Positions 19,751-29,658 of a stretch of 57,338 nt of DNA are shown here, piece by piece. A model generated the notes under the pieces. It saw only the letters and a list, made by a program, of their open reading frames with translations, searched no databases and was not told the origin of the DNA. Each line of letters opens with the position of its first letter. Position 1 is the first letter of the stretch. The position numbers and the translations under genes were made by a program. Source of the DNA: an uncultured Thermoplasmatales archaeon (lineage in GTDB: Archaea > Thermoplasmatota > Thermoplasmata > Thermoplasmatales > GCA-001856825); the NCBI GenBank assembly GCA_964541025.1, contig CAZIOW010000003.1, positions 1-57,338 on the forward strand. The letters are read 5' to 3'.

Positions 19751-19859
19751 TTAGAAGCTCAGTAAATAATGTTATTAAATTTTTTTGGATTATGTTAAAT
19801 ATAAAAATAAAAATACAAAATAGTTTTTTAGGATTATATAATAAGCGTGAGGAATCCAC

Positions 19860-21482
19860 ATGGTCTCACTATCCCTGATAATTCTGATACTCGAGGCTAT
19901 TTCTGTGACATTTGTGAGACTGTGGTATCTGATGTTTGTGTCCATAATTCTTGCCATTATATTTGGAATACTTGCAGCAAGGGTTAGGATTGCGGAGATG
20001 ATAATCATCCCGATAACAGATGTTCTTGAGGCAGTACCTGTAATTTCATTCTTTCCAATAGTACTCGTTCTGTTTCTGGTGGATATAGGCGGTCCAATTG
20101 GAATTGAACTAGCTGTGGATTTCCTAATAATAACTGCTCTATTATGGAATATAATCCTGGGTGTTTACCAGGCGGTCACCCACATACCATCCGAATTGGT
20201 AGATGCTACAAAGGTATTCAAATTAGGGTTCTGGCAAAGGATAAGATACCTCTATGTTCCTGCCAGTTTCCCGAAAATAGTTGCAAATATGATGCCAAGC
20301 TTCGCAAGCGGATTATTCTATATCACGCTCAGTGAAGTAATATACCTCGGCCCAAAAAATTTTCACGTATTTGGTATAGGTGAGGTAGCGTTACAGCTTG
20401 CTTCCCAGGATAATATAATAGGAGAAATAATAATGCTCATAATCCTTGTGGCTGGAATTTTTCTCAATTTTTACCTTATAATAAACCCGCTGATACGCTA
20501 TTCCGAGAAATACACCATAGAGCAGGAGAAAAGCCAGGAAGAATCTGAGAGAACAAGGGGCAGAAATTACTTGATAAATTCAATGGCCCAGAGGACAAAT
20601 CAGCTCGTCATGGCTGGAGTACAGGGATTTGCCTCAGTAAATAGAATTTCCAAGTATATTCCGAGCAGGAAAATAAGGGAGAAATTCAGATTATCTGTGA
20701 GGGCAGTCAATGCAGTCGTGGGCCTTATTCTTATACTAATGCTTGTCATAAGTATTTATGTAATTGCACAGTCAGGTTTTTCGCGTGCTTTTGTTATATA
20801 TGTTATAAATAGAACATTTCTCATAGACGCCACCCTTGGCACCCTCTATGACCTTCTCAGGATTTTCATTGTGTACCTGGTCTCCCTTCTTACAATGGTT
20901 CCTCTGGCAATAATAGCAGCCACTAGAGGTAGGAAAGGTGATACACTTAATGGGCTGATGCAGGTTCTATATGCAATACCAGCTCCAGTTTTCTTCCCTT
21001 TGATAGTTGTGTATCTCACACCATCTCTCACAAGGTTCATGAATTTTGATTTAGCATTCAATTTTGACGTATTCATAATAACATACCTTGCAGCTGCCTC
21101 CTACATATTCTTCAATGTATACGGGGCGGTAAGAAGCATACCATCGGAACTCGCAATGGTAGCGAAAACATTCAAATTTAAAAGGATTGGGAGGCTTAGA
21201 TACCTCATATTCCCATCAATCATCCCGGCCCTGATAACTGGCTCAATGTCAGCAGTTGGAAGCTACTGGGCAGGGTTGATGGTGGGAGAATACATTGAGG
21301 TCAGCGGAAAGACATATTCTGTATCGTTCGGGCTCATGAAAATGATAGATATGGCTATAGCCAATGGGAATCTTCTTTATGCAGATGCTGTGGATATATA
21401 CATGGTGATAATAATAGTGATAATCTCTTATTTACTCTGGATAAGACTTTATGATTATTCGAAGAAGCGATATGCACTTTAG
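19860..21482 (+). CDS. ABC transporter permease, duplicated (two fused permease domains)
   Basis: 540-aa polytopic ORF. Two halves each end in an 'IPSEL..A.K.FK' EAA-like loop: 'IPSELVDATKVFKLGFWQRIRYLYVP' and 'IPSELAMVAKTFKFKRIGRLRYLIFP'. Confidence 0.8.
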   Translation: MVSLSLIILILEAISVTFVRLWYLMFVSIILAIIFGILAARVRIAEMIIIPITDVLEAVPVISFFPIVLVLFLVDIGGPIGIELAVDFLIITALLWNIILGVYQAVTHIPSELVDATKVFKLGFWQRIRYLYVPASFPKIVANMMPSFASGLFYITLSEVIYLGPKNFHVFGIGEVALQLASQDNIIGEIIMLIILVAGIFLNFYLIINPLIRYSEKYTIEQEKSQEESERTRGRNYLINSMAQRTNQLVMAGVQGFASVNRISKYIPSRKIREKFRLSVRAVNAVVGLILILMLVISIYVIAQSGFSRAFVIYVINRTFLIDATLGTLYDLLRIFIVYLVSLLTMVPLAIIAATRGRKGDTLNGLMQVLYAIPAPVFFPLIVVYLTPSLTRFMNFDLAFNFDVFIITYLAAASYIFFNVYGAVRSIPSELAMVAKTFKFKRIGRLRYLIFPSIIPALITGSMSAVGSYWAGLMVGEYIEVSGKTYSVSFGLMKMIDMAIANGNLLYADAVDIYMVIIIVIISYLLWIRLYDYSKKRYAL

Positions 21483-21484
21483 TT

Positions 21485-23446
21485 TTGGACCTTAAGAAGA
21501 GTTTAAATTCAAATATAAATGCGCTCACAATGAAGGGAAATAATTTTATTAGAAGTCCATATCTTGAACTTCACAATAATGATGCCATAAAATGGAATAT
21601 CTGGACAGAAGAAATATTGAAAAAGGCCAAAAAGGAAGATAAACCTCTTTTCATATCCATTGGATATTATTCATGTCACTGGTGTCATGTAGAACAGGAA
21701 CTGTCTTTCAACGATAGTGAAATTGCCGAGGTTGTGAATGAGAAATTCATTCCTATTATAGTCGACAGGGAAGAGAGGCCCGATATAGATGACCTCTACA
21801 TGAAAGCATCGCAGATAATTAATGGATCTGGAGGATGGCCATTGAATGTTATCGCAATGCCGGACGGAAGACCATTCTTTGTATCCACATTCCTTTACCC
21901 AAGGTCATCTGGAGATCAGCCAGGCCTGCTTGAAATATTGCAGTCAGTATCTAAAATATGGAATGAGGAAAGGGGGAGAATTATAGAAACATCAGATGAA
22001 ATATTGTCACTGATTGCTAATACACCAAAATCCAAAGAAGGAAGCATATCTTATCAGGAAATCAATGAAATTATAGGGAGCATCTATGATAGAAAATACG
22101 GAGGATTTGGTTCATCTCCGAAATTTCCAAATTTCAATTATCTTCATTTTCTGATGGTTTACGACCAGTATAAAAAGAAAAATTCAAACAGAAACAAGGT
22201 TGAGAGAACAATTAGAGCGATGCTCAACGGCGGAATATATGACCATGTGGGTTCAGGCTTTCACAGATACTCAACCGATGAGAAATGGGAAATTCCGCAC
22301 TTTGAGAAGATGCTTTATGATCAAGGGTTGCTTATTGACACGCTGATCCAATTCTCTGAAACATACAAAGATCAAGTGTTCGTGAAGAGGACGGGAGACA
22401 TTTTAAATTTTCTTATGAGGGAGATGGAAATTGATGGATTATTCCTAAGCGCCATTGATTCAGATTTCAATGGAGAAGAAGGGCTATACTATCTTTGGGA
22501 CATGAGAGAAATATCCGGAATTTTGAATGAGGATGAAATAATGTATCTGAGAAATTTCTTCGATTTCAGTGTAAAATACAACGGAAAGACAGTCATAAGG
22601 AGGAGAGACGTAAGTTATTCTGAAGAGGACGATCAAAAAATAAGATATATTGTCAACAAGCTCAGAGAAGCAAGAGAGAAAAGAGGGGAAATCAGGAAGG
22701 ACGATAAGATTATTCTATCATGGAACTGCCTGACACTTAAAGCCATTATTCACTACTCCTATTATGATAATAACTACATTCCATTCTTGATAAGGGCAGT
22801 GGAAAGTATAGAAGAGAAATTCATGGATGGGAGGGATCTTTACAGGACAATGAGAAAAGGTGAAAGGGGAGTGAAAGCACAGCTGGAAGATTATGCTTAT
22901 CTTTCCGATCTCTTCCTTGAAATGTATGAACTGACAATTGATGAATCGTATCTTAATGAAGCCATAAAAATTGTAAATGATATAAAGGAAAAATTCTTTG
23001 ACCAGAATACTGGAAGTTTATTCAATACTCAAAAGGAATGGGATACATCTATAGTCAAAACAAAGGTAGAATATGATACCATATTCCCATCAGGCAAATC
23101 TTTACTTTTTTCAGTCCTGAATAAATTGTACCTACTTACTGGAATAGAGGAAATGATGGTAATGTCAAACTCCATCAAGAATGATGCAGAAACATCATTA
23201 AAGAGGAATCCAGTTTCACAGATCTCCCTTGTAACATTTATGATGGCTTCAGAAATGATATATAAAGTGGAGATCAGAGAGGAAGATGTAGCACGGTTCA
23301 AAGAGATTAGGAATGAATTAGAAAGAAGAAATTATTTCATACCAATAGTGGCAGACAACTTGAACCTTTGCAACAAAAATTCATGTCTTTCTAATTTTAA
23401 AAACGTGGAAGAGATGATAGAATACATAAAAAAATTGAGCATTTAA
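21485..23446 (+). CDS. thioredoxin-domain protein, DUF255/YyaL family
   Basis: 653-aa ORF with 'SPYLELHNNDAIKW', 'GYYSCHWCHV' and 'VDREERPDIDDLY', followed by a long alpha-toroid-like C-terminal region. The start is probably ATG 21530 rather than TTG 21485. Confidence 0.85.
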   Translation: MDLKKSLNSNINALTMKGNNFIRSPYLELHNNDAIKWNIWTEEILKKAKKEDKPLFISIGYYSCHWCHVEQELSFNDSEIAEVVNEKFIPIIVDREERPDIDDLYMKASQIINGSGGWPLNVIAMPDGRPFFVSTFLYPRSSGDQPGLLEILQSVSKIWNEERGRIIETSDEILSLIANTPKSKEGSISYQEINEIIGSIYDRKYGGFGSSPKFPNFNYLHFLMVYDQYKKKNSNRNKVERTIRAMLNGGIYDHVGSGFHRYSTDEKWEIPHFEKMLYDQGLLIDTLIQFSETYKDQVFVKRTGDILNFLMREMEIDGLFLSAIDSDFNGEEGLYYLWDMREISGILNEDEIMYLRNFFDFSVKYNGKTVIRRRDVSYSEEDDQKIRYIVNKLREAREKRGEIRKDDKIILSWNCLTLKAIIHYSYYDNNYIPFLIRAVESIEEKFMDGRDLYRTMRKGERGVKAQLEDYAYLSDLFLEMYELTIDESYLNEAIKIVNDIKEKFFDQNTGSLFNTQKEWDTSIVKTKVEYDTIFPSGKSLLFSVLNKLYLLTGIEEMMVMSNSIKNDAETSLKRNPVSQISLVTFMMASEMIYKVEIREEDVARFKEIRNELERRNYFIPIVADNLNLCNKNSCLSNFKNVEEMIEYIKKLSI

Positions 23447-23529
23447 TATTATTTTTCTTAATAATTTCAGTTCTTTGAGTAAAGATTTTAATGGACATTT
23501 CCTTATAGCTTGACATTTAGGTGGAATTG

Positions 23530-26500
23530 ATGGCTTCACTACCCAGAGCAAATAAACTATTCAGTACTGCAAGAGACATAGGAATAGAGGTCAAGACGGG
23601 CATAGTTCTTGTACTGACCTTCTTTCTATCCCTTTTTCTAAGTTCCTATTTCATCATAGGAGTTGCGATTAAGGGAAATTATGCAGTATCAGGAGGATCG
23701 GATGCTTATTACAATATGAGAATTATTCAATACATATTATCAACCCATCACCAGCTTCTGTTCGACCCTTCGCTTAATTATCCAATAGGATTGGAAAATC
23801 CGAGACCACCATTCTTCCACTGGTTTGCTGTGCTGTTAGGCTATGCTTTCTCTCCATTTCTTGGGGGAGTTTATGCCTCCACAATGACCATGTTTTTAAT
23901 GAGCACAGCTATAGGGGGTGCCCTCATAGTATTTCCAACATATTTCCTCGGTAAGGAATTATTTGGAAGGAAAGTAGGTATAATAGCGGCAATTCTTGTA
24001 GCATTATCACCATTGACCATGATGAAGAGCATTGCGACAATTGGGCTGTTTGATATATTTACTGCGCTTTTTGGATTGATGTTTATATATTATTATCTGA
24101 GGGCAGTCAATACATTCAATTTCGCATTAAGCGATAAAAGCTCTTTCTCAAATATCATATCAACGCTCAGGAAGAACCAAATATCTATAGTTTATGCATT
24201 GCTCGCTGCAGTATCTCTAGCAGCTTCTATGCTTACTTGGGACGGTTCAATTTCCCTAGTCCTTATACTTGCTGGTGCAGGTCTGGTTCAATTATTCATA
24301 TATGCAATAAGAAAGAAGAGTGCTCTTTCCATATTTACAGCGACATTATTTTTCGGTGCAGGATTCATAGTAGCTTTTCCGTGGTATTACGTTGCGGGAT
24401 TCATAGCTGTAAGGTTCGATTATCCACTGATAATATGGGGGGCTCTACTTATTTCTTCAATATATTTCATATTGTTAGAAAGGAAGTCTTGGGTACTCTC
24501 AATCTCCGTTTACATAGTAATAGCCATAGCAGCCATATTTGCAATAGATAAGATTAATCCAAACATTATACAGTCCATACTTTCTGGGCAGCATTATTTC
24601 ATAAAAAATAAAATATACAATACCATAGCTGAAGCACAGGCTTTGCCACTTGGCGAAGATATAATGGAATTTGGACCAATGCAGTTCTTTGCTTCCATCA
24701 TAGGAATTGGAGCCCTGATTTATTACTGGATAAAGAGAAAGGACTTCAACATGACGCTAGCACTTCTTTACTTCGCTGGAATTATTTTCATAAGCATGAT
24801 AGCTTCCAAATTCCTGTACTTCGGTGCCACGGCCACATCAATTCTGACAGGGCTTGTACTTGTTAGAGTATTTGAAATGCTTCAATTCAAGGAAGTAATT
24901 GAAAAATCCCGCGACAGACCGGTAAAACATATACTGAGAAAGGAATTCAAATTTGCTCATTATGTAACTATACTTATAGTGGTGTTCTTGTTGGTAGTAC
25001 CAACCACTTTTTATGCTGTTGACTCTGGGATACCATTCAATAATAAAACAACCTATGACCGTGAGATTTATAACGCAACCCCATCCATATTGAGACCGCA
25101 GAATTACACTCCACCATATTATCTAGGAGCATTTGGTGTATCTCTTGATCTTCCGAACAGTCCATGGGTCAGAGCATTGGATTGGTTTAAAAATCAGGAT
25201 ACATCACAACCTCCAGCTGACAGACCGGCCTTTGTCTCATGGTGGGATTACGGTTTTCAGACTCTTGAACAGGGTGATCATCCTGTTATGGCCGATAACT
25301 TCCAGGATGGCATTTTTCCAGCAGCCCAGATACTGATGGCGCAGAATGAGAGTCAGATAGTTTCAATTTTCATTTCAAGAATTCTTGATTATTATGTTGC
25401 AAATCACGACCTGAATAATGCAACAATAGACTCAATAATATCTCAATATCTAGGAGCGGGAGCCATGAAAAATATAACTAATTACGAATTGAATGGTTCC
25501 AATCTCATCTCCCAGATATATGCAAATCCCAGCTATTATGGACCCAGGGAGGGAATTCAGGCTGGGGATGCGAAATACATTCTTATGGAAGGGTATCTAT
25601 CAAATACATTCTCACTGAATACTCTGATAAATCTGAATACAGCGTTGGTTCAGGCAACTGGATTCAATATGAGTTATATAGCCGTGGATTACAGGCTGTT
25701 TCCATTCTCAGGAATTAACACTGGAATATTTTACGCTCCTGCCTATTTAGGGGATTATCCATATGTGGATGTGCAGGGGGAAATAGTTCCTACGACATTC
25801 TTTAATATAACTGTTACAGATGCAAGCGGCAATACCTATCCGCTGCAGGATTTCCCTCCAGGAGATACAGCGGTGAATTATTCAATAAATTATCTCCCAA
25901 TGTTTTACAATTCCACAATATACAGAATGTTCATAGGTTATCCTCCAAGCGTCGCAGGAGTAAATTCCGGAATTCCGGGAATAACCAGCAATATGCAATA
26001 TTATATCCCAATGCAGGCATGGGGCGAGCCAAACTTTGAACTTGCGTATAAAACAGTGTTCTGGAATCCCTATACAGATTATCAGAACCATACGAATGCC
26101 TGGCAACCAGTTTCACTGGAACAGGGATATTACTACCTTAAGCATAAAATTGGAACTGTGGATATGACACCTCCGGCATCTCAGGTACTACCAAGTGATG
26201 TAGTGTTTGTACAGTATTTTCCGGGAGCAATAATTCATGGCAGAGTTCTCGATACATTGGGAAAACCAATACAAGGTGTCAGGGTAACCCTGACAGACCA
26301 GTACGGAATTCCTCACGATACTGCAGTTACAAATTCATCCGGATATTATTCATTATATGCGGTAGCTGGAAATGATACCGTCACTCTATCATCTGGAAGT
26401 TACAATTCACTCTTCATGGTGGATTCAACTACACTAAATACGTTCAATATCAGCATTTCTGAATCTCAGGCAGACAGGACCAGCTATACTGCAACAGGCC

Positions 26501-29500
26501 AACCCACATGGAATATAACCCATAATTTCGTTATTGCATCACATTCAGTTACCGGAGTAACATATCTTAACCTAGCAAATACCAATTTCTTTATTCCTAA
26601 TACAGATCTATCGGTAAATGGAACCCTTGTATTCTACAACAAAACATACAAGAATGAGGTTGTTGTAAATACAACAGCCAATGGAAGTTACAGCATACCA
26701 GACATACCCCCATATTCTTACAATGTCTCAGCCTTTGTGTATGGCGAATTTTACGGTAATATTACAAATATCACTGTATCATCGTCCCAGGTATCAAAGG
26801 ATATTGCCATTCCATTTGGAAAGCTGAAGCTCAACATTTCCAACAATATTGATATGAGTGGTGAAAATTACATAACTCTAAGCAGGAATAATTTTTCAAT
26901 GAATATAAGCACTAACTCAAATAATGAAACATTAAATATCCCTGCAGGTACTTACAATCTGCTCGCGAAAAAGGGAACGTATTCCGATAACATTTCTGTG
27001 AGTGTCGCCCAGAATGGAAATAGCAGTTATACAATTGAATATACGAAATATTACGATCTGAAAATTGCGACATATGTGAACGGACAACCCGTTCAATCTG
27101 CTATTAAGTTTGAAAATGAATTGAATTACAGTCAGTCTGGAGTTTTATTCTCAAATCAGGCTGGAATCCTATCCACAAATCTTACAGCATCTGTTTATTC
27201 AATTTACATAAATGCTTTTTATGATGGGCAGCATTATTCTTATCTCGAACTGTTAAATATTTCAAATAACATGGATCAGAGGATTAATCTTCTTCCCGCC
27301 ACCTTAGTAAAGGGAACAGTCGTGTACAATGGCCAAGCAGCCGCACTCTCGCCTGTAGATATTTTTAATCAAAGTGGGCTTCTGCAGATAGTTTCAAACT
27401 CTACTGGCTTCTATTCAGTTTATCTGCCAAATGGAGAATACAGGTTCTACTCATATTTCACCCTTAATTCTTCGCTTTATGTTGCATCTGATGTTTATTA
27501 TGTATCCGGTTATGTTGATAACATAAGCCTTCAGGGATTGCCCGGATACACATATGTAGGAAACGTATCATATAACAGTCAGACCGTTAAAGGCCTTGCA
27601 GTTGCAATTGTTGATAACCAGCCCTACTTTGAGTACCCTGTTACGACTGGAGAGAAGTACAACCTATTCCTTCCAGATGGTGTGGCTCCTCAGTATGTGA
27701 ATTATATTGCACCCGGCTATTCTGTCAGCAGCATCAACAGTAAGAATATATCTCTGAAGCTTCTTCCTGTGAATGTCACAGTGGAAATGAATTATACAGG
27801 TGACTATAAAATAACAATGATAATGTCCGGGGCGCAGAACTATGAACTCAACGTTTCCCATATTATGAATATCAGCGTGCTCCCAGGAGTATACAAGATA
27901 TCATTCAGGGCCGATAATCTATCTGTGACATCTTCAATAAATGAAATCGGGATCCAGTCTGTTCTCAACGGGCAGTACATTTCAATTGACCTTACACTGA
28001 AGGCAATGCTATTTGTCGGAACTGGGGGGATTGTGGAAATATTCAGTGGGAAAAATTTGGTATCATCCTCTCCAATGTCTTTCCTTCCACCTGGAAATTA
28101 CACGATATATGAGGTTTCGAATGGCATGGCTGCAATTGAAAATATTAATCTATTTGAGAATACAACAGTATACCCGGTACTTCAGCAGGCATATTTAGTT
28201 AGCGTAAATTCAAATATAAATTCTAAAATAATGATAAGCTCCCAATACGGCTCAATATATTGGAGTCAGTTGCAGGGTTATCTGCCTGCTGGCTTTTACA
28301 ACTTCTCCGTAAGCACCTACCTCAATAGTTCCTTTGAATTTTATGCCTCGTATTCTGCTTACATCTCTTCAAACTCCAATATATTCCTAAATGCAACAGT
28401 TAAGGAGCTGAAATCACAGATATATCTTAACTCATATGTGAATGGGACATTAGTTTCAGGAGCCAGATATATAGTCCAGGGACCCGAGAATGCCAGTGGG
28501 ATAGTTACAAGGAATCCACTCACTCTAAGATATGGGTTGTACGCATTGTACATTAATTATGGCAGCAACTCTTTCATAGGATATATGAACGTCAATTCTC
28601 AGAGACTATACCTTAATATCACGTTACAAAGGGCTTATCCCCTATCTTATGGTACCTATCTCAATAATTCAAGCTACAGCGGGAATATTGCAATAGAAGG
28701 CAAGATTAATTTTGCCATTCCATCTTCTGGTATAATTTACCTTCCAAATGGAACATACAATTTCACCGGATCAGCGAAGGGTATTTATTATGGCACAATA
28801 AACAATTATTCCTTCGTACAGCCGGTAACGGTAAATGGAATATCATCTGCTACTTTTGATCTCGAAATAAATCAGAATGTCAAGGTAAGTCTGATCTCAA
28901 TGGCGGGAAGCCCAACCATTTCACCTAACCAGAATTACAGTTTCCCGCTCATCATTCAGAGCAATTCAAACATACCGCTAACATTCACAATTGAAAATGC
29001 TTCCAACTTTGAAATCTCTGGAGCATCTATGACACTTCTACCTCATTCAAATGGGGTTGATACAGTATACATAAAAGTTCCAGCCGGCCAGCCAAGTGGC
29101 AGCTACTCACTTGATGTGAGAGTCATGTATGCTTCCACTTATCAGGATATTTACGTTAATGTAACTGTGCCGACTATCAATAATATAGAGATTGCAGTTA
29201 ATGATACCAGCGGCAGGATAGCGAATGGAGCTGTTTATTTGCCACTTAAAATAACCAATGCTGGTAATTCCAACATGAATGTCACGCTATCAATACTGAA
29301 TTCACCATATCTTATAAAAACAGGTCTGAACGTAACAATTGATGGAATGAATTATTATAATATCACCCTGAAACCATCAAATTTCAATAACACGACACTC
29401 GTCATAAAAGGATCATCTGTAAATGATATAAATGGTGCCACAATTTATGTGGCAGTCAACTACATGAACTATAGCAAGGTGATAAAGGTAGTACCTTCAT

Positions 29501-29658
29501 TACCAGCATTGTCCATTAAATATGCAAATGTTCAGGGAACAGGGCTTCAGAACTTTTCTGCCACTGTACAGGACTATTATATTTACGGTTTCTCAGCATT
29601 CATAGTGCTTGCAGTAGGAATTTCTATGATTCTTTTCAGGAGGCGAGCAAGGGCATGA
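23530..29658 (+). CDS. aglB: giant AglB/STT3 oligosaccharyltransferase fused to a sequon-rich multi-domain ectodomain with a C-terminal TM anchor
   Basis: Uninterrupted ORF. From GTG 23521 it is 2045 aa, but ATG 23530 is preceded by 'AGGTGG' and is the likelier start. Motifs found: 'SDAYYNMR', 'TIAE' and 'WWDYG' (25240-25254). There is a CarboxypepD_reg-like module from about 26233 and a terminal TM helix plus 'RRRARA'. Confidence 0.9.
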   Translation: MASLPRANKLFSTARDIGIEVKTGIVLVLTFFLSLFLSSYFIIGVAIKGNYAVSGGSDAYYNMRIIQYILSTHHQLLFDPSLNYPIGLENPRPPFFHWFAVLLGYAFSPFLGGVYASTMTMFLMSTAIGGALIVFPTYFLGKELFGRKVGIIAAILVALSPLTMMKSIATIGLFDIFTALFGLMFIYYYLRAVNTFNFALSDKSSFSNIISTLRKNQISIVYALLAAVSLAASMLTWDGSISLVLILAGAGLVQLFIYAIRKKSALSIFTATLFFGAGFIVAFPWYYVAGFIAVRFDYPLIIWGALLISSIYFILLERKSWVLSISVYIVIAIAAIFAIDKINPNIIQSILSGQHYFIKNKIYNTIAEAQALPLGEDIMEFGPMQFFASIIGIGALIYYWIKRKDFNMTLALLYFAGIIFISMIASKFLYFGATATSILTGLVLVRVFEMLQFKEVIEKSRDRPVKHILRKEFKFAHYVTILIVVFLLVVPTTFYAVDSGIPFNNKTTYDREIYNATPSILRPQNYTPPYYLGAFGVSLDLPNSPWVRALDWFKNQDTSQPPADRPAFVSWWDYGFQTLEQGDHPVMADNFQDGIFPAAQILMAQNESQIVSIFISRILDYYVANHDLNNATIDSIISQYLGAGAMKNITNYELNGSNLISQIYANPSYYGPREGIQAGDAKYILMEGYLSNTFSLNTLINLNTALVQATGFNMSYIAVDYRLFPFSGINTGIFYAPAYLGDYPYVDVQGEIVPTTFFNITVTDASGNTYPLQDFPPGDTAVNYSINYLPMFYNSTIYRMFIGYPPSVAGVNSGIPGITSNMQYYIPMQAWGEPNFELAYKTVFWNPYTDYQNHTNAWQPVSLEQGYYYLKHKIGTVDMTPPASQVLPSDVVFVQYFPGAIIHGRVLDTLGKPIQGVRVTLTDQYGIPHDTAVTNSSGYYSLYAVAGNDTVTLSSGSYNSLFMVDSTTLNTFNISISESQADRTSYTATGQPTWNITHNFVIASHSVTGVTYLNLANTNFFIPNTDLSVNGTLVFYNKTYKNEVVVNTTANGSYSIPDIPPYSYNVSAFVYGEFYGNITNITVSSSQVSKDIAIPFGKLKLNISNNIDMSGENYITLSRNNFSMNISTNSNNETLNIPAGTYNLLAKKGTYSDNISVSVAQNGNSSYTIEYTKYYDLKIATYVNGQPVQSAIKFENELNYSQSGVLFSNQAGILSTNLTASVYSIYINAFYDGQHYSYLELLNISNNMDQRINLLPATLVKGTVVYNGQAAALSPVDIFNQSGLLQIVSNSTGFYSVYLPNGEYRFYSYFTLNSSLYVASDVYYVSGYVDNISLQGLPGYTYVGNVSYNSQTVKGLAVAIVDNQPYFEYPVTTGEKYNLFLPDGVAPQYVNYIAPGYSVSSINSKNISLKLLPVNVTVEMNYTGDYKITMIMSGAQNYELNVSHIMNISVLPGVYKISFRADNLSVTSSINEIGIQSVLNGQYISIDLTLKAMLFVGTGGIVEIFSGKNLVSSSPMSFLPPGNYTIYEVSNGMAAIENINLFENTTVYPVLQQAYLVSVNSNINSKIMISSQYGSIYWSQLQGYLPAGFYNFSVSTYLNSSFEFYASYSAYISSNSNIFLNATVKELKSQIYLNSYVNGTLVSGARYIVQGPENASGIVTRNPLTLRYGLYALYINYGSNSFIGYMNVNSQRLYLNITLQRAYPLSYGTYLNNSSYSGNIAIEGKINFAIPSSGIIYLPNGTYNFTGSAKGIYYGTINNYSFVQPVTVNGISSATFDLEINQNVKVSLISMAGSPTISPNQNYSFPLIIQSNSNIPLTFTIENASNFEISGASMTLLPHSNGVDTVYIKVPAGQPSGSYSLDVRVMYASTYQDIYVNVTVPTINNIEIAVNDTSGRIANGAVYLPLKITNAGNSNMNVTLSILNSPYLIKTGLNVTIDGMNYYNITLKPSNFNNTTLVIKGSSVNDINGATIYVAVNYMNYSKVIKVVPSLPALSIKYANVQGTGLQNFSATVQDYYIYGFSAFIVLAVGISMILFRRRARA

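Noticed and set aside
29575-29658. PGF-CTERM archaeosortase signal at the AglB C-terminus
   Set aside because: The tripartite layout is similar, but the motif is 'YIYGF', not 'PGF'. It is kept only as a speculative new-motif finding and is not called as PGF-CTERM.
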